The translations under genes were made by a program, and so were the position numbers. From Parcubacteria group bacterium (lineage in GTDB: Bacteria; Patescibacteriota; Minisyncoccia; Moranbacterales; GCA-2747515), in NCBI GenBank assembly GCA_041660065.1, contig JBAZXC010000005.1, forward strand, positions 292 through 64,291: a DNA stretch of 64,000 bases. Direction: 5' to 3'. The notes beneath the pieces are model-generated. The model saw nothing but the letters and a program-made list of their open reading frames with translations. It was not told the origin of the DNA and made no database searches. Positions 10,536-20,840 of this stretch are shown here, one piece after another (positions within the stretch are counted from its first letter, which is position 1; each line of letters begins with the position of its first letter).

Positions 10536-10838
10536 ATGAAAGGGATCAAATCATACATTCAAAAAAAGAAAAAAAATGCGCAGGCAATCCGCAAAGAAAA
10601 TATTTCCGTCGATGATCAAACGATCATGCATCTTTTTTCACGTGCAGTACGAGAAGAATATGGCAGACAAGGTGAAAAAAATATTGTACCAAAATTATAT
10701 AAAAATGGACTGATTTTTATCAGTATTCATAACGCGATCTGGGCGCAGGAAATATGGTTGCGTCGGGATTTTTTTGTCGAAGCTCTTAACGAAAAAATCG
10801 GACGCAAGGTTGTGAGAGGAATAAAAATCGCCACATAA
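10536..10838 (+). CDS. DciA/DUF721-family protein
   Basis: 100 aa; L.I...NAIWAQEI.L......LN..IG...V..I pattern; 2 bp after dnaN. Confidence 0.7.
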   Translation: MKGIKSYIQKKKKNAQAIRKENISVDDQTIMHLFSRAVREEYGRQGEKNIVPKLYKNGLIFISIHNAIWAQEIWLRRDFFVEALNEKIGRKVVRGIKIAT

Positions 10839-10852
10839 ATGGCGATTTTTTT
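10823..10852. terminator. Bidirectional intrinsic terminator
   Basis: AAAAATCGCCA-cataaa-TGGCGATTTTT between convergent genes. Confidence 0.75.
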
Positions 10853-10879
10853 GTACAATGCACAACAACAGGCTTGGTG

Positions 10880-13507
10880 TTAATAGGCTACAGAAACAGA
10901 TTTTTTTGCAGAAGCGGTGTTGCCAGCTGTGTCAGTCAAGCGTACCTCAATCGTGATCGATGAATTATTTTGGCTAGAGGGAATCGAATAGGTGTAACTT
11001 TTATCTTTTGTCTCAACTTTTTTTTCACCCTCTACAAAATATTCGATTTTTTCAACGTCGTAATCTGTTTTTGGGCTAACTTTTATGGTAAGTTTGTCAG
11101 AATTTACAGAATCCGGAACAGAGAGGGAAACTTCTGCTTTTAGATCCTCAAAATCTTCTTTTTTGCAGTCTTCCGGCACATCGTCAAAAACAGCATTTTT
11201 GTCCTTCTCTGTGTAATATTTTTTTACACCCTTTTCCCAATTTTTGTATTGAGGATCGGATTTTGGATCCTTTGGCTCATCGCCACGAGGATCGTCTTTG
11301 ATCACATAATGGAGAATATTGTGGATATTGGCAAATAAAATCTTATCTTTTTTGCTGTTGGGACAGTATTTGTTGGCAAGACAAAATGCATCATCTTTGC
11401 CGGGAATCTCACATACCTCAACTTTTTTTGTTTCAGGAAGCTCCCCGTCAAGAATGTCTTTTCCAGTCTTATTTTCGTCTTTATCATATTTTGGAAATTC
11501 TTTGCCGGATGGCTCGGAATATGCTTGTAAGATGAAATCACGAAAGATCGGCCCGGAGGCGCTGACGCCTGCGCCATAACTACTCATTGGCGAATTATCA
11601 TTATTGCCACTCCATATGCCTACGGCGACATCTGGTGTGTATCCCATAACCCATGCATCGCGGTTTTGATTTGTTGTACCAGTCTTTGCTGCAACGGGAC
11701 GATCATCAAAGCGCAAAACGTTATTTTCACCAAATGTTGGTGCGCGATATTTATTCGTTGAGATAATGTGGGAGAGCATTGCAACATATTTTTCGTCAAT
11801 TACGCGCTCTCCCTCGGTGGTTTGTGCTGTATAGATATTTGCACCGCCTTTGTCAGTAATGCTTAATACGGCGCGCTTTTCTTGCTTTATGCCGTTATTG
11901 GCAAAAACGGCATATGCGGCTGTGTGATCAAGGAGTTTGACTTCACCGCCTCCAAGTACAAGGGAGAGGCCATAGCGCTTTGGATCCTGTAAGCTTGTGA
12001 TGCCAAGTTGTTTTGCAAAAACAATTACTTCTTCAGGGTTTGCGAGATAGAGTGTCTTTACTGCGGGAATATTGAGCGACATGCCAAGGGCATCTTTCAT
12101 TTTGACGGGGCCACGAAATGTACCATCATAATTTTGTGGAATGTAATCCTCTGCCCCATCAACAGCAAAGTTTGTTTCGACGTCAAAGAGTATGGTTTCC
12201 GGTGTGTACCCTTTTTTAAAAGCGTAAAGGTACGCATAAGGCTTGAATGATGAGCCCGGTTGTCTATCGCGGATGGCAACATTGACTTGACCGTCGATCT
12301 TTTCATCAAAATAGTCGCGAGAGCCGACCATGGTGAGAATATCGCCGTTTTGCGGGTCAATGGCAACCAGAGCGGCATTTTCAGCTTTATATTTTTGTTC
12401 ATTTTCCAGAGCTTTGTCATGGACAATTTTTTCTGCAATTTGTTGTTTGTTCCAATCAAGTGTTGTGATCACCTTCAAGCCTTCTTTCTCGAGGAAGTCG
12501 GTGCCATACTGTTCTTCGAGGTAATCACGGACATACATGACAAAATGAGGTGCCTTGATATTTTCTGTATTTTTGGCAAGTTTTGCAAAAACGTCAGTTT
12601 CCTTTGCAGCTTTTGCCGCATCAGGACTGACGTAGCCCAGTTCCACCATTTGATCAAGGGCATATTCCTGCCGCACCTTTAGGCGATCTGTATAGGATCC
12701 ATAAGGCGAGTAACGGGATGGCGCTTGTGGAAGCGAGGCAAGGATCGTTGCTTCATCCAACGTGAGATCTTTTGCATGCTTGTTGAAAAATGTTTGCGAG
12801 GCGGCTTCAATGCCATAGGCGTTTGAACCATAAGGAATTTCATTGAGATACATGCCGAGAATTTCATCTTTGGAAAAACGTAATTCAATCTCAACGGCGA
12901 GAATGAGCTCTTTGATCTTACGTGTCATGCTACGCTCATCCGTAAGGATGGAATTTTTGACGAATTGTTGTGTGATCGTTGAACCGCCACGTCCCGCGCC
13001 AATGTGAAAAATATTGGAAATGACAGCATTGAGCACACCTTTGACGTCAAATCCCGGATGATGATAAAAATTACGATCTTCAAGTGCGATCGTCGCTTGT
13101 TTGACAACGAGAGGGATTTCTTCTTGAGGAATCAATGTGCGTTTTTCTTCGCCGTGAATGTCATAAAGAAGTATGGTGCCCGTACGATCATAGATTTTTG
13201 TGCTTTCATTGATCGTTCTGGCATTGATCTTGCCCGGCTCCGGGAGATCTTTGGCAAAATAGGCAAAAACACCCATTACAAACAAAAGGCCAATTGCACA
13301 AAGAATGCCAAAAAATTTCAAAAAAACAATCATTTTTTTACGAAAATCACGGTGTGGTTTTTTTTGCAGAGAAGATGGTCGGCGGGAAGTAAAAACGTTG
13401 CCAATCTTGTTCCATAGGCGTGTAAGTATATTTTTTTTGCGTGAACGGGAAAGGTCTCTGCGATACGGTTGTGTGCGCATTGTGTAGCGCGAAAACGTGT
13501 TTTTCAT
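10880..13507 (-). CDS. Class A penicillin-binding protein (PBP1A family)
   Basis: Transglycosylase EDRNFY.H.G, GGSTITQQFVKN, RKIKE; transpeptidase SSFK, SLN, KTG; Ig-like C-terminus. Confidence 0.96.
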   Translation of the reverse strand: MKNTFSRYTMRTQPYRRDLSRSRKKNILTRLWNKIGNVFTSRRPSSLQKKPHRDFRKKMIVFLKFFGILCAIGLLFVMGVFAYFAKDLPEPGKINARTINESTKIYDRTGTILLYDIHGEEKRTLIPQEEIPLVVKQATIALEDRNFYHHPGFDVKGVLNAVISNIFHIGAGRGGSTITQQFVKNSILTDERSMTRKIKELILAVEIELRFSKDEILGMYLNEIPYGSNAYGIEAASQTFFNKHAKDLTLDEATILASLPQAPSRYSPYGSYTDRLKVRQEYALDQMVELGYVSPDAAKAAKETDVFAKLAKNTENIKAPHFVMYVRDYLEEQYGTDFLEKEGLKVITTLDWNKQQIAEKIVHDKALENEQKYKAENAALVAIDPQNGDILTMVGSRDYFDEKIDGQVNVAIRDRQPGSSFKPYAYLYAFKKGYTPETILFDVETNFAVDGAEDYIPQNYDGTFRGPVKMKDALGMSLNIPAVKTLYLANPEEVIVFAKQLGITSLQDPKRYGLSLVLGGGEVKLLDHTAAYAVFANNGIKQEKRAVLSITDKGGANIYTAQTTEGERVIDEKYVAMLSHIISTNKYRAPTFGENNVLRFDDRPVAAKTGTTNQNRDAWVMGYTPDVAVGIWSGNNDNSPMSSYGAGVSASGPIFRDFILQAYSEPSGKEFPKYDKDENKTGKDILDGELPETKKVEVCEIPGKDDAFCLANKYCPNSKKDKILFANIHNILHYVIKDDPRGDEPKDPKSDPQYKNWEKGVKKYYTEKDKNAVFDDVPEDCKKEDFEDLKAEVSLSVPDSVNSDKLTIKVSPKTDYDVEKIEYFVEGEKKVETKDKSYTYSIPSSQNNSSITIEVRLTDTAGNTASAKKSVSVAY

Positions 13508-13601
13508 ATGTTTATATCATACACTCTTTGCGATGTTTTGAAAATTAAGAGTGGATACAGTATAAAGAATAAACACTTTTTTGTAAAGCGTTTATTTCTT
13601 C

Positions 13602-14906
13602 CTATTTTTCCAAAAAATCCAGATCTTTCTCGGTGATGTTTAATTGGTCAAGGATCCATATGTGTCGCTGATTTGTCGGATCGTATTTACCAACCAAAAA
13701 ACGCGCTTGCTCTGGATCATCATTTTTAATCAGTGTATGGATGCCGATATTTCCTTCTCTGTAGGCAATATCCTTTGTAAAACAGGTGCCTGGAGTAGAG
13801 CATGTTGTGCCACGAAATGTTCGTACGCACAGATTCCATGCGAGAGATTCGGATTTTTTGGCATCCTTTCCATTGGCTATATAATAATTTTTCAAAATAT
13901 CAAAAACTGCTCTAAAATCTCGTTTTTTCCCGTCCAATCCTTTTGCAAGAGCGGCGGTAAAATGTCCGCCAAATCCCGCATAATCCTCTTCTCCCATAAT
14001 TTGTCCTTCTTGATACGTTGCAATACCCTCCTCGCCTTTTGTGTAACGATCAAGACCAAGTCCCAACAAATGGATTTTGGTTCGATCACCAGCAGCACGT
14101 CTTTGGGCATGTATAAAGATCTCATGCGCGATCAAGCCTTGTAATTTTAGTCCGGAAACAGTGCGCTTTTGGGGTATTTTGATTTTTTTATCATCCTGAG
14201 AGACAGAAATTGCTTTTACATGATCATCAATTGCAACGTGCCATCCACTGATATTTTGTGACAATAAGGCATTTTCAAATGCTTCCTGGATGTTCTCGGC
14301 AGTATATTGCTCCTGAGAGGAAATAAAGCGAATGGGCTCAACCTTTTCATGTGGTGGAATTGTTGTTTCTGTTTCTGTATCACATAGATCCAGGATTTTT
14401 TGTGCAGAATCTTTCTGTTCATCCGTGCTTTTTTCAGAAGAGATTGTATCGCACATTTTTTTTGCGGTTTGCCACAGCGTATAATTGTGAATGTTTTGTT
14501 CTGGAACGCCGTAGACAAAAGATGAGTAATGATCAAATTTTTTATCATCACCGTCTAAGGTTGCGCGCATCATGCGTACTTCCGCGATTTTTTCATTGAT
14601 CTTCCATCGATACATTTGCCGTACAACGTCATTTTTTTCCTCATGCAGAATATCCCTTTTGAGTTCCACGAGTTCTTTTTCGCGATAGTCAAGCTCATTG
14701 GGATTGATCTTTGGATAGTCGAGATGCGGATTTTCAATTTCTCCACGAAGGAAAAGGTTTTTTTGATCCTCTCTCTTTTGTGGATCGTCATCAAAATATG
14801 TGTACGGCTGAAAACCGCCAACAAATTCAAGGCGGTCATACCATTTTTCGTCCACATATATTCCTCCTTGTTTTTCCGGGTAAAAAGTGCTTTCGGGTGA
14901 TGACAT
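13602..14906 (-). CDS. DUF1704/MATCAP-like HExxxH metallopeptidase
   Basis: LIAHEIFIHAQR, EEGIA, RTFRG, FTKDIAYREG motifs. Confidence 0.8.
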   Translation of the reverse strand: MSSPESTFYPEKQGGIYVDEKWYDRLEFVGGFQPYTYFDDDPQKREDQKNLFLRGEIENPHLDYPKINPNELDYREKELVELKRDILHEEKNDVVRQMYRWKINEKIAEVRMMRATLDGDDKKFDHYSSFVYGVPEQNIHNYTLWQTAKKMCDTISSEKSTDEQKDSAQKILDLCDTETETTIPPHEKVEPIRFISSQEQYTAENIQEAFENALLSQNISGWHVAIDDHVKAISVSQDDKKIKIPQKRTVSGLKLQGLIAHEIFIHAQRRAAGDRTKIHLLGLGLDRYTKGEEGIATYQEGQIMGEEDYAGFGGHFTAALAKGLDGKKRDFRAVFDILKNYYIANGKDAKKSESLAWNLCVRTFRGTTCSTPGTCFTKDIAYREGNIGIHTLIKNDDPEQARFLVGKYDPTNQRHIWILDQLNITEKDLDFLEK

Positions 14907-14908
14907 AG

Positions 14909-16135
14909 CTATATGGTGATCACATGCATATGATCACGAATAAATGTAAAATCTTGTAAAAATTGATCTTTGTGTGCATTTTTTATTATTATAACACATG
15001 CCGTGCGATATCCGTTTTTTGCCAAACCGACTTTTTGAGAAGGAATGGCTTTTATGGAGTGATAGTGATAACTTGAAAGTTTTTTTAATACCTGTAGATG
15101 CGTGATTTTCTTGAAACCCCCATCATTTTTTGGGAAAAGTTCTATAACAGCAGTATAAATACACTTTTTATTTTTTTGAAAAATCTTTTTACCTTGCGCA
15201 TTTGCAATGAGTGCAGCATTGAGATCCAATCCTTGAGACATGTGATATAGTCGTGTGCGATAGCCGCCGACGCGTGGACCGATTTCCACTACCATAGGAC
15301 CCTTTTTTGTATAAATTAATTCAACATGACCGGGTGTATTTGTAAATGCTAACGCACGCGTTGCTTTTTTTGCAACATGATTTAACTTTGCTATTTTTTT
15401 GATCGAAAGGATTGATGGGGAGATCCGTGCAAAAATATGATGATCTTCAATGTCGCGATCCTTTGCGACAAATAGATCAACAGGATCGCCAAAAACGGTC
15501 ACATGCCCGTTTTTTTGCGCAAATGTTTGAACGGAATGCATGGATCCGCGCAAAAACTCTTCCATGAGGATGCGCGGTTTTTGTGTGCGATGCTCTTTGT
15601 TATAAATTGATGTAATGGTCTTTTTTATGAAATTGTAACTTGCAACCAGGTGATCATTTGACAGCACTTTTGTGACGAGAAGACTTTTTTGCAGATTTGC
15701 CGGTTTGATCATGAGAGGAAATCCAATTTTTTTTGCAAAACGTTTTACATCATTGATGTTATTGATGATTTTATATTTTGGGGTCATTGTTGGATCATAT
15801 GCGGTGAGTGCTTTGCGCATAAGGATCTTATCAATTGCCATTTTTGCGCTCGTGATTGTAATTGTGGGAATACCCAAGAAGTTACCGAGCCAGGATCGTG
15901 CAATCACATATCTTTCATAAAATGTTATGATTGCCACCGGTTGTGCGGAAAAATTTATAGTGCGCAGGGTATGAAGAAACTGATTTTTTGATCGTATGTC
16001 AACAAGAAAAATATTTTGGTACAGTGACATTTTCTCACGCTCCTTTTCGGTCGTGACGCAAATAATATAAGGGATTGATCTTGTAGAAAGATATTCCATA
16101 AAATCGTGAGAAGCAATTCCCAAAATAATGATCAT
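14909..16135 (-). CDS. ATP-grasp ligase (L-amino-acid ligase-like)
   Basis: DKILMR, GFPLMIKP, LMEEFLRG, HVEL, VVEIGPRVGG. Confidence 0.85.
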   Translation of the reverse strand: MIIILGIASHDFMEYLSTRSIPYIICVTTEKEREKMSLYQNIFLVDIRSKNQFLHTLRTINFSAQPVAIITFYERYVIARSWLGNFLGIPTITITSAKMAIDKILMRKALTAYDPTMTPKYKIINNINDVKRFAKKIGFPLMIKPANLQKSLLVTKVLSNDHLVASYNFIKKTITSIYNKEHRTQKPRILMEEFLRGSMHSVQTFAQKNGHVTVFGDPVDLFVAKDRDIEDHHIFARISPSILSIKKIAKLNHVAKKATRALAFTNTPGHVELIYTKKGPMVVEIGPRVGGYRTRLYHMSQGLDLNAALIANAQGKKIFQKNKKCIYTAVIELFPKNDGGFKKITHLQVLKKLSSYHYHSIKAIPSQKVGLAKNGYRTACVIIIKNAHKDQFLQDFTFIRDHMHVITI

Positions 16136-16173
16136 ATATAAAAAAATAATTAATTAAAAACCTCTCTGATTTT

Positions 16174-17223
16174 TCAGATTGACGGTTTCTTAAGGATTCT
16201 ATTGTAAAGGGCAATATATTGTGTGGCCATAAGAGAACGATCAAAATATTTCTCGGCAAATTTGCGACAGGCATCTCTTTCAAAGCGATCAATATTTTTT
16301 GTGGCCGCGAGCAAATCAGCAGGATCATTTGAAAAACAACCGATTTTTTCCATCTCAAAATACATTTTTTTCGGTAAGGCATTGATGAATGAACCGATGA
16401 CTGGTGTGCCACACGCCAATGCTTCCATTGCAACCAGAGGAAAAACAGAAAGTGGTGTGCGAATAGGGCACAAAAGCGCCTCAGCATTTTTTACATATGC
16501 AAACACATCTTTGCGAGAAGCTTCTCCTTTATAAATGATATTTTTATCAAGATGCGGTTTGATATTTTTATCAAAATAGTTTTGTCGCTCCAAAGAGTTA
16601 CCGATTCTTCCAAAAATGAGCAGTTTTTTGTCACTTTTTTTTGCGAGGTGAATGGCTGTATCAAATCCCTTGTGTTTATTTATGCGACCAAGCGTCATCA
16701 GATATGAGCCATTTTTTGAGGAATATTTAACGGTATTGATCGGAATGCCATTGGAAATAATGTCCGCATACCCAGTCAGTGTATTCATTCTGCCTTTGGA
16801 AAGCGCTACAGGATACGCGCCACTGCGCTTTAGTTGGTAACTGTCCCTTTTTTGTATTGGATTGTGTAATGTTATGACACAAGGTGTGTGTGATAATTTT
16901 GCAACTGATGCTGCGTATCTCTGATTGTGGAGGTGAATAATATCGAAGTCATTTTGATATTGTAAAACCATGCATTGGCTGATGATGATCAAATTCCTTC
17001 TCTCCTTATCCGTTTGTTGTGAAAAGTCCTTCATGTTCCACAAGCTTTTCGGTAATGTGTGAATGTGTTTTGCTTTTGTTTTCCAATCTCCGGGTGCAAA
17101 AAGAGTTACATCGACTCCTTTTTCCAAAAGAGCATCTGTTAAATTTTTTACGACGACTTCCGGTCCGCCAGTGGCACCAAAGGGAGGTGCAACCATTGCA
17201 ATTTTTAGCACAGATTTTTTCAT
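16174..17223 (-). CDS. Family 4 glycosyltransferase
   Basis: GGPEVVV, DVTLFA, DIIHLH, LGRINKHKG, MEALACGTPVI. Confidence 0.9.
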   Translation of the reverse strand: MKKSVLKIAMVAPPFGATGGPEVVVKNLTDALLEKGVDVTLFAPGDWKTKAKHIHTLPKSLWNMKDFSQQTDKERRNLIIISQCMVLQYQNDFDIIHLHNQRYAASVAKLSHTPCVITLHNPIQKRDSYQLKRSGAYPVALSKGRMNTLTGYADIISNGIPINTVKYSSKNGSYLMTLGRINKHKGFDTAIHLAKKSDKKLLIFGRIGNSLERQNYFDKNIKPHLDKNIIYKGEASRKDVFAYVKNAEALLCPIRTPLSVFPLVAMEALACGTPVIGSFINALPKKMYFEMEKIGCFSNDPADLLAATKNIDRFERDACRKFAEKYFDRSLMATQYIALYNRILKKPSI

Positions 17224-18183
17224 TTAAACAATCGTTTTAATAAATTCTTGAAAGTGTTTTTCTTTTGTCTTTTCATCTCCAACGAGATGTAGCAGATCAA
17301 ATCCCGGCGTAGTATTCATTTCGACAAGAAGCGGTTTTCCTGTATTTGTAAAGATAAAATCTAAAGAATAATTGGCTTCAGGATAAAGGGACAATTTTTT
17401 GACGATCTTTTTGACGATCTTTTGAATAGACGGCGGAATATTTTTGCGTGGAACAAAAACGGCTGAGGCGCCCTGATGAAAGTTGGTAAAAAGGGAACCT
17501 CTTTTGGCGATCCTGGAGAGGGCATAGACTAATTTGTGATTGATAAATATTAACCTCAGATCTGCCACCTCATCTTTTTTTGAAAAGTGGGGAATGCCTT
17601 TCTCACTCTTGATGAATTCTTGGATTAATGCTGGAAAAACAATTTTATTTTTTGGAATTTTATTTTTTTCATCAATGATTATACCAAAACCACCAGAGCC
17701 ATATAATGGTTTTATAACGACTTTTGAGGAGGAAATTTTTGCAAGTGCTTCCGTCATTTCTTTTTTATTTGTCGCCAAGAATGATCGTGGCATAAATTCG
17801 CCAAAGATCAAGTATTGGGAAAGCTTGTTGTCCAATAATGTTCTAAAAAGAGGGTGATTGAAAATCTTTGTTTTTTGAGAAAGAAGCATTTTAAAATCAA
17901 AGAGCGCATAATCATATTTTCCGGAAATTTTGTCAAAGACAAGATCCGGTGTGATTGGTGTTTTTATTTTGATCCATTTTTTATTGCGAAATGCCCATGA
18001 TTTTTTAAAGGCGTTGGTTTTTCCATCATACCAATCAATACTTGCTCGGTACATTTCTACGCCATTTAACAAGCCCCTCTCATGCCAATCTTCAAAAGAT
18101 TCTCTTGTGGTATCGCTTGCAATTGGTATTTTTTTATGCCAATCATTACTGGTGTAAATGACCATCATTTTTTTGTTTGCCAT
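17224..18183 (-). CDS. ATP-grasp ligase (RimK/YheCD-like)
   Basis: DNKL, VVIKPLYGSGGFGI, IQEFI, DLRL, TNFHQGA, VEMNTTPGF. Confidence 0.85.
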   Translation of the reverse strand: MANKKMMVIYTSNDWHKKIPIASDTTRESFEDWHERGLLNGVEMYRASIDWYDGKTNAFKKSWAFRNKKWIKIKTPITPDLVFDKISGKYDYALFDFKMLLSQKTKIFNHPLFRTLLDNKLSQYLIFGEFMPRSFLATNKKEMTEALAKISSSKVVIKPLYGSGGFGIIIDEKNKIPKNKIVFPALIQEFIKSEKGIPHFSKKDEVADLRLIFINHKLVYALSRIAKRGSLFTNFHQGASAVFVPRKNIPPSIQKIVKKIVKKLSLYPEANYSLDFIFTNTGKPLLVEMNTTPGFDLLHLVGDEKTKEKHFQEFIKTIV

Positions 18184-18189
18184 AATGTT

Positions 18190-19599
18190 TTATTTGCTTA
18201 CATCAATTAAAAATTTTCCGAGATTTCGTTTTCCGATGATCATATCATATGTGAGATTTTCACGATCGATGATGTTCATACTAACAGTCATGCGTCTTTT
18301 GTCCAAAGTAATTTCTGCTTTTACTACAGGTCGGATCGATGCACCACTGGAAGAAAAAACAACCGCAATATCTGTGATGTGAGGAATATTCTTTTTATAT
18401 TTTCGCATGAAATCGTCTTTGATGACCTGCTCATTTTGAGGAACAAGGTCGTATCCTGCAAGATCAATTTTCGAAAAAGCATCAATAGTTGAACCAAAGC
18501 CAAGTTTGCGCGCAAGTTCTGTATCTATGGATGTAGAATAGGCTCCGGTATCAATTTTTGCTTTCGTTGTGATTTTTGCATCATTTGTGCCGATAATTTC
18601 CACATTTTCTACTGAGCCGATCACGCTTTTTCCGGAAACGCTCTCAAGCTCTTCCTCGATTTCACCGCCAAAGAGATTTTTGCCCACAGCAATACCGCGA
18701 GCGATAGAATTGATCTTGAGGCCTTCTACGCGCTCAAGGCGACGCTTGAGTCCTGCGAGGTTTGCAACTTGAATGGAGAGTCCCGGGCGTGCGTTGAGTT
18801 CCAGGATCACGGGACCATTATCGCGATCAATTGCAATGTCAGCACCGAGATAACCGAGTCCGGACGCAATTTGTGATTTGATCGCTAAATGGAGAATTTC
18901 ATCCCAATGGGGGATTTTGATGCCGGAAAGTAGGAGGCGTGTATTTGGCACATACTCCACAATGCGAGATTTACCTTGTACTGCTGTTGTTGTTACACCG
19001 CGTGCCATATCGATCCCAACGCCAATGCCACCTTGCTGGAGATTTGCTTTGCCGTCGGATTCTTCGGTTGGAAGGCGCAGCATCGCCATAACAGGCACTT
19101 TATTGTAAACAATGACGCGGATATCAGGGATGCCCTTATATGCATATGGACGGAATTCTTTTGATAGTTTGAGACGTTCTTCAAAAAAAGCAATATCCGG
19201 CGTACCGGAAAGAGAAAACTCACCATCCAAGATATGTCCAATATGCATTTTGAGATCGGCAATTGAGACGGGTCTGCCATTTGACCGTACCCATGTATCC
19301 AATGATCCTTTTTTTCTGCCATAGATCACAATGATACCTTCACCGCCCAGGCCACGATTTGGTTTGAGTACAAAACTTGATGGTAAGATGCTCCAATCAA
19401 AATTTTCCAGTGTACGGCGTGACGAAATCTGCGCGATCAATCGTGGCACGGGAACCCCGGCTTTTCGGAGTAATTTTTTTGATGTGATTTTTTCATCAGC
19501 AAGTCGTTTGGCTTTTTTGCGATTATTTGGACGAATGTATGTAAGGTTGCGCGCATTCATCCCAAGGATCTTCTTGCTTGCGGAAAACAAAGTAAACAT
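18190..19599 (-). CDS. Alpha-L-glutamate-ligase-like ATP-grasp fused to a RimB-like retropepsin-type protease
   Basis: ILGMNARN, FVLKP..G.GGEGI, PDIRVIV, AMLRLPT.ESDGKANL.QGG, LELNARPGLSIQ.AN; C-terminal AKIDTGAYSTSID and MIIGKRNL. Confidence 0.88.
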   Translation of the reverse strand: MFTLFSASKKILGMNARNLTYIRPNNRKKAKRLADEKITSKKLLRKAGVPVPRLIAQISSRRTLENFDWSILPSSFVLKPNRGLGGEGIIVIYGRKKGSLDTWVRSNGRPVSIADLKMHIGHILDGEFSLSGTPDIAFFEERLKLSKEFRPYAYKGIPDIRVIVYNKVPVMAMLRLPTEESDGKANLQQGGIGVGIDMARGVTTTAVQGKSRIVEYVPNTRLLLSGIKIPHWDEILHLAIKSQIASGLGYLGADIAIDRDNGPVILELNARPGLSIQVANLAGLKRRLERVEGLKINSIARGIAVGKNLFGGEIEEELESVSGKSVIGSVENVEIIGTNDAKITTKAKIDTGAYSTSIDTELARKLGFGSTIDAFSKIDLAGYDLVPQNEQVIKDDFMRKYKKNIPHITDIAVVFSSSGASIRPVVKAEITLDKRRMTVSMNIIDRENLTYDMIIGKRNLGKFLIDVSK

Positions 19600-19610
19600 G
19601 AGCAGAGATA

Positions 19611-20303
19611 TTATTGAATTTTTTTGATCACATCGCGAAAGCGGAGATATTCACTCAAGCGCAATCCAGTCCATTTTCCGATGAAGAGATTAATTGGGAT
19701 AATGAGGAGCACGACCCATGTGTGGATGAGTGTAAAACGGATGATCGTTTGTCCGATGATTGTTGTCGGAGAAAGGATCGTATATCCGACAAGAGCAATA
19801 AAAAGAGTTTCAACGGCAAGGAGGAGTGCAGTGCGAGAACCTTTTTCAATTTGCACGGTTACAAATTTTTCCACAAGCATAATGATGATAAGAATGGGAA
19901 AAACCGGCGCAGAAGAGAACCCTGTGCGACCTGTGCTACCACCAAATGCTAAAATTGCCAAAACGGCGAAAGAGACAACGGTGAGCGTGATGGCAACGCG
20001 AGGCAGGTAGAGAAGACGAAATTTTTTCAAAACATACCGCATCATCATGCCGACAAAAATGACGGTCACATAAACCATGATGGCGTATTTGATATCCGAC
20101 CAACGCTGTTGACCGATAAAGACGAATGCGAGTGTGATAATGGATGGCGTATAAATACCAAACGCTTGGATGCCAACAATTTGACGTAGTACAACAACGA
20201 CAGTAACGATCACAGGAAAAAGCAAGAGAAGTGTGATCGTTGAGATCTCAACATGCTGTGCCAATAAAAAATGGATCAGAGGATTATAATATGGTTCATA
20301 CAT
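19611..20303 (-). CDS. 7TM-domain membrane protein of the type associated with ATP-grasp ligases
   Basis: LRQIVGI.AFGIYTP, LLYLPR.A, FPILI..M.VEKF, GKWTGLRLSEYLRF; start at ATG 20303 overlapping the ruvC stop. Confidence 0.82.
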   Translation of the reverse strand: MYEPYYNPLIHFLLAQHVEISTITLLLLFPVIVTVVVVLRQIVGIQAFGIYTPSIITLAFVFIGQQRWSDIKYAIMVYVTVIFVGMMMRYVLKKFRLLYLPRVAITLTVVSFAVLAILAFGGSTGRTGFSSAPVFPILIIIMLVEKFVTVQIEKGSRTALLLAVETLFIALVGYTILSPTTIIGQTIIRFTLIHTWVVLLIIPINLFIGKWTGLRLSEYLRFRDVIKKIQ

Positions 20304-20808
20304 AAGTGTGGAAATTAATTGTTTGTAAATATTTGCGTGAGTTACTGTGGCAAAGAGCAACGGCAAGGGCATCGGCCGTATCATCCGGTGTGGGAACTTT
20401 TTTTAATTTTAACACGTTTCTGATCATTTCTTGCATTTGGCTTTTATTTGCGCGGCCGTATCCCGTCAATGATTGTTTGATTTGTAGCGGCGTGTATTCA
20501 CCAATCACGAGTTTATGAGAAAAACATGTGTGTAGGATCACGCCACGCGCTTGCGCAACAGTGATGATCGTTTTTGCATTTTTGAAATAAAACAATGTTT
20601 CGAGTCCAGCCTCATGTGGTTTGTATGTATTGATCAGATCAGTGATTCCTGAAACGATTTCCGCAAGTCGTGTAGCATCGGACAGTGTCGAAAGTGTTTC
20701 AATGTGTCCATAGGCAACAACCTTGTTGGAAAGTTTTTGCGGATCATGATCGATCACGCCCCATCCTACAATTGCTGTGCCGGGATCTATGCCTAGTATA
20801 CGCACCAT
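20296..20808 (-). CDS. ruvC: Holliday junction resolvase RuvC
   Basis: ILGIDPGT, AQARGV, EYTPLQIK...GYGRA.K.Q, DD.ADALAVALCH. Confidence 0.96.
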   Translation of the reverse strand: MVRILGIDPGTAIVGWGVIDHDPQKLSNKVVAYGHIETLSTLSDATRLAEIVSGITDLINTYKPHEAGLETLFYFKNAKTIITVAQARGVILHTCFSHKLVIGEYTPLQIKQSLTGYGRANKSQMQEMIRNVLKLKKVPTPDDTADALAVALCHSNSRKYLQTINFHTYV

Positions 20809-20840
20809 AATTTTATTTTTAACATTCAACTATAGCACAT

